64,000 nucleotides of DNA from Hydrolagus colliei (taxonomy: Eukaryota): the NCBI GenBank assembly GCA_035084275.1, contig CM068743.1:115692001-115756000 (forward strand), in the 5' to 3' direction. Position numbers and translations under genes: made by a program. Below the pieces are notes generated by a model. That model was not told the origin of the DNA, ran no database searches, and was given only the letters and a program-made list of their open reading frames with translations. Within the stretch, counting starts at the first letter, position 1. Each line of letters begins with the position of its first letter. Positions 59,723 to 64,000 of this stretch are shown here, piece by piece.

Positions 59723-60694
59723 ACAATTTTTATCTTTAGTTACTGACTGCGATGAAAAGTGCTACAATGTGTTAATCAGCACATCACAGGTGGCAATTTG
59801 CGCCCCACACAAAGTTTACATTTGTCAGAACTCTGAATTCTTTCTGGGCAGCAATCAGTACTCCATCAATATTGAACGTGTAAGGGCATAGAAAAGGGCA
59901 TATTATGGTGATTAGCAAGACTCTCAATATTTTTACTCAATAAAAAAAAGGGGAAGCTCAGTGCATACAATAATTATTGGTTTAGCACTGAGTTATCAAG
60001 CCCAGAAAATTACGTGTGTGCCACGTTAGTTGATCTCATTGTAGTCGGGGCAACAGTCCAAATATTAGAATTGGCCTGGGCTTGGGAGGAGACAAAAATC
60101 AACCAGGACTCTTTCTGTAAATCAAATATCTAGATTCAATAAAACTTGACATTTCAAACATAATTTGAAATATTATTATCAATATATATTATTATTGTTT
60201 GTTTCTAAATACATATTTTGAATTTATATGTATCACCAGCACATTGACAAATTTGGAGAGTTGGCAAACATAGCAGAATAGCTACAGCTCACGGTTAACA
60301 GAGTTGTGAATGGAACAGAATAACCCTGCAGTCATTCATTGACAAAACAATTCCCATTTAATGTTGTGTATCCTGTGAAACCTGTTGTGAGCACAAGAAG
60401 TAAAGATATTGCCTTTCCCATCATAAATGCTTTTGTTTTATTGGGGGAGGGGGCATTTATTGCTTTCAAATATTTTTAAAACTATAAGAACAAAGGATTT
60501 TCAACCGTGTAATCAACTTTCCAGACACATAAACCCTTTGTATTTCCTCTGCTGAGTTTTATATAGAGATGAGACTGTTAGCGTTGCTGAAGTTGAACTT
60601 CCTGTATAGTTGTTGTTTTGTGGAATACATTGTAAAATGGTGAAGTCATGAGATGTGATTTCTGATCTTGTTTTATGTAGACATGATGCTTGCG

Positions 60695-61212
60695 CTGAAC
60701 GTCCTCCTGATGTGAAAGGTGCTATACAAATGTAATTTTGTTGTTTTGTTGTTGATGTGCTGTACAGTGCTCTGACAAAGCCTCATCTGGACTAACGCAT
60801 ACAGTTCTGGTCACCAAAACAGTGCAGAGGAGAGCAATGAGGATAATCCCCAGTGTTAGAGGAATGCGCTATAAGCAATAATTAGGTAAGTTAGGGATTT
60901 TCTGTCTTGAGAGCAGATGACTCAGAACAGACCTTGTCGAGGGTATACAGTTTCAAATAGGATTGAGAAGCAAAACTCAGAACAATAATTCAGGAATACA
61001 GTAAAACAAAAGACATATATTTAGAGTGACAGGGGCAGGCATCAGCAAGTTATTCTTCAGTGGGGTAGTTAATGGCAAGAACAGGAGGTTGAAACCAGGA
61101 CACTGGACTCTTTCATAAAGCAGCTTGATGCTGTGATGGGAGGATGTTAGGGTGGGTATCCTGGAGGGATGAGTTTGGATGGGCCAAACCAATCTTTCAT
61201 CCTGTAATCTCA
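60695..61212 (+). mobile_element. L2 tail (60695-60755) followed by a CR1 3' fragment
   Basis: LYSALTKPHLD..IQFWSP; VQRRAMRIIPSVRG; CR1-type end gatgggccaaaccaatctttcatcctg. Confidence 0.8.
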
Positions 61213-61645
61213 TCACAAAAAGCATCTAATTTGCACTGTTTCTTAACTGTATTTCTTGGTAAGGAATCCAAGTTATGGCAACCAGACACACGTCACACTA
61301 CCTGGAGAAATCCTGCACTAACACAAACCATATCTGGAGCTGAATTTCTGTGGGTTAGTAGGAATGCTAATGGATTTGTTTTTAAGGGATATTGCAAATT
61401 CTAATGATGGTGGAGAGTGAACAGGTTCCTGCATGTGGAAGTCAATTGCACCATCTATAGTTCATATGTCAGAAGGAATAAATCATGTTCCCCTTTCCCC
61501 TGGGTGGAATGGTCTCTCCAACAATATGAGTAACTCACATGGCACAACTCCATTCTACTTTTCAATGTATATGAAATAGATCCCTCTCTCCATTTTTGCT
61601 TTATTTTGTATGCCCACCTGTCAGGCAATCTTTCAAATATATGCG

Positions 61646-62058
61646 TGTCAGTCTCAGTGGTAGCACTCTTGCGTCTGAGTCAGAAGATTGGGAGTTCAAT
61701 CCCCATGGGGGTCCCATGGCGCAGGACTTTGAACGCACAGTCTAGGTGATGCTGGAGGTACGTTGCAATGTTGGAGGTATCATCCTTCAGATGAGATGTT
61801 AAAGTAAGGTCCCTTCTGCATCTTCTAGTGGAAGGTAAAGATCTCAAGGCGCTATTCGAAAAGCGATACAAGTTTCAGCCTGCAATCACCCACATAAGTG
61901 AAGTTGTTCACTTCATGGCTGTATAGGGGGGATTGGTGTGCGCAAATTGCCTACTGCATTCCCCTACAAAAAATATACTTAACAGTGAATTCCGTGGAGC
62001 GTTTAGAGTGACCATCCTACCATGAGAGGTACAATATCAAATGCCAGGATTATTACTA
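61646..62058 (+). mobile_element. Full-length Deu-domain SINE
   Basis: ctcagtggtagcactcttgcgtctgagtcagaagattgggagttcaatccc; ttcagatgagatgttaaa; gctattcgaa; tail atcaaatgccaggattatt. Confidence 0.85.
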
Positions 62059-62221
62059 TAAACTGTATTGTGTACTATTCCAATCCTTATCTCAGAGCTT
62101 GGCATCCCTGGTTCTTTACCAGTTCATGCTGAAAGATTAAAGAATCAGAATGACTGATCTACTGTCTGGATGGGTAATGAGTACAAAGAGATACTCTTGG
62201 GTATAACAGGAAACATGAATC

Positions 62222-62365
62222 ATAATAATAATAATCCTTGCATTTTCGGGATGTCTCAAAGTGCTTCACGGGATGTATTGTACAGTATATTGTGTGTTTT
62301 TGTGGCAGCACATTGTGCCCAGCAGTGTCCCACAAACAGTCGTGGATTGAGAAACAGGAAACAAT
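62222..62365 (-). mobile_element. SINE 3' fragment
   Basis: (aat)n ccttgcattt...cagtgtcccacaaacagtcgtggattg. Confidence 0.8.
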
Positions 62366-62741
62366 AAAGCATAAAATATTTAAAGATGTTGGTAGAATTG
62401 AAGATCACCTGACTGTAACTCACAGTAAACAGGTGTATCATTGGTATCTTAACCTCAGATATAATTAACCGTCAACATTAATTGTCACCAGCCCTAGTTT
62501 GAAACTGGGTTTGCATCTTTCCCAACTGAATCTTTCAGAGGCTGCTGAGACCAGGGAGGTGAGTTTTAATTGTTACGTCTGGAGCAGTTCAAAATAAATG
62601 TTTGTCAGACATGATGCACTGAGGAGGGGCAAAATCCACTACTTCCCAGGCCCACTATTCAGTTTTTAACCAATTGTACCTGAGACCCGGACCACTTGAA
62701 ACTGTAAAAGGGTCTTAAAATATTCATTGAAATAATAATAA

Positions 62742-63461
62742 CTAGCTATACACCTGCGTAACATATGCGGCCTAGTGTTTTTGAACACATTTATTCATAT
62801 ATTTCTAAACTTTTTAAAAAATAATGTATTTATTGTTTACAAAAAAAGGGTGAGCTTTAATTACTGGGTTGTTTTTCTTTGTGTTTTTTTTTGTGTTTTT
62901 TAAGCTGTATTGTTTTTTGTTTTCCTTTTAGAAGTTCATTGTTACAATTTCAGAAACATACCTAAGGCTTTTATATACAGTAAAAGTCTGTTTATCCATG
63001 ACCCGATCAATCGGATTGCTCGATCCCCTCCCGGGGTAATTCCCCATTCCAGCAATCGCGAGTATGCTCAATTTGCGCATGTGCGCAATGCGTGCGCTTG
63101 CGCACTTATTAAACTTATGAACTTTGAGGTTTTTACTGATGCTTTTTTACCGATCTTTTTACCGAGTGTGCTACCATTTTGTATTGGTAAGTAGCCATAC
63201 AATATTCTGTTACTATTTAGTATATTATTAATTTAGTATGTTTTAAAATAAGTTAATTTTTTGTGTTGGGTTTTTGGCAACTTGCCGCCCAATTATCTGG
63301 CACAGTCAATTAGTCGACCCCACCCCCCACCCCAAGCGTGCCAAATAAATGGGCTTTTACTGTATATAGAAGATAGATTTGGCACAGCACCATCCGCGTC
63401 AGGAGGACACAATTGTGGAATTGCAGAAACATACCTAAGGCTTTTATATAGACTGTATAGA
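62742..63461 (-). mobile_element. Non-autonomous Helitron (rolling-circle transposon), 720 bp
   Basis: Minus strand: A|TCTATACAGTCTATATAAAAGCC... ...CCGCATA-TGT-TACGCAG hairpin, 8-nt spacer, CTAG|T; canonical TC/CTAG ends, A^T target, no TSD. Confidence 0.8.
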
Positions 63462-63781
63462 TATTTAAGAATATATTATTATTAAAATAATCCAATGAAA
63501 TAATTTTCAACTGATATGAATGGGTATTCTTTGTTTTAAGTTGTTATAAAATGGAATTTTTGGAAAATGTGTGAGCCATCCACTAATATTCCCACTCAGG
63601 ACACGCCCCAATTTCTCAGGTTTTTGGACAGGATTAATAGAAAAATGATCAGGGGCTGGCCCCTCTGCCAAGTCTTCACATATAATGGTGATGCTTTTAG
63701 TCACAACACACAGAAAAAGTCAATGTGCAATGATCTGTTCCAATGAGATTCAGCTCTCCCACAAGAAAATCAGGGTGAAAC

Positions 63782-64000
63782 AGACAGGGCGAAACCTTGC
63801 ACAAGTTTTCTTACTCCACACACCTAATAATAATCCCTCAAAAAATAACAATCATTATTTGGTCACTCAATGCACGACTGTTGGTGGGACCCTGCCATGC
63901 ACAATTGGCTTGCACGTTTCGCCCACAGATATAGTCAATTCACTTCACAATATATTCTGTGAAGCGCTTTGAGATATCTAGAAGATGTGAAAAGTGCTAT
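63782..64000 (+). mobile_element. tRNA-SINE, short form, head missing, runs off the window
   Basis: cagggcgaaaccttgcacaagttttcttactccacacacctaataataatccc...gtgaagcgctttgaga. Confidence 0.85.

Noticed and set aside
60330-60424. Immunoglobulin-type leader exon MMGKAISLLLVLTTG (minus strand)
   Set aside because: Weak donor (GTTTCA), no downstream V exon, RSS or octamer visible; kept only as an alternative reading in the duplication finding.
1-64000. Known conserved miRNAs, rRNA, snRNA, CRISPR arrays or prokaryotic systems
   Set aside because: None recognised by eye, and there is no regularly spaced repeat-spacer structure. An Infernal/Rfam scan would be needed to exclude ncRNAs formally.

Overview
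Eukaryotic, vertebrate non-coding DNA, most likely from a cartilaginous fish (chimaera or shark). This assignment is inferred only from the repeat repertoire: L2 LINEs with (TTG)n tails, CR1 fragments, Deu-domain tRNA-SINEs, a second tRNA-SINE family with (TTA)n tails, Penelope-like ends and LF-SINE-like copies. I recognise no intact cellular protein-coding gene. Every recognisable ORF in the track is a decayed LINE reverse-transcriptase fragment, the best being 47462-48514 (-). The window looks like an intergenic or large-intron regulatory landscape. It has a CpG-retaining domain at about 0.7-7 kb, several repeat-free motif-dense blocks (candidate enhancers or CNEs), a few strong orphan splice donors and one 173-nt assembly gap. 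The most notable structures read directly from the sequence are: a complete non-autonomous Helitron (62742-63461, -) with a duplicated 5' end and promoter-like cargo; a ~460-bp palindromic CAC..GTG element loaded with GATA sites; a degenerate minimal hammerhead ribozyme in a Penelope-like end; three LF-SINE-like copies; a diverged ~220-bp local duplication that keeps its reading frame; and several near-perfect hairpins. Repeat boundaries are approximate (read by eye), and family names come from remembered consensus motifs, not database searches.
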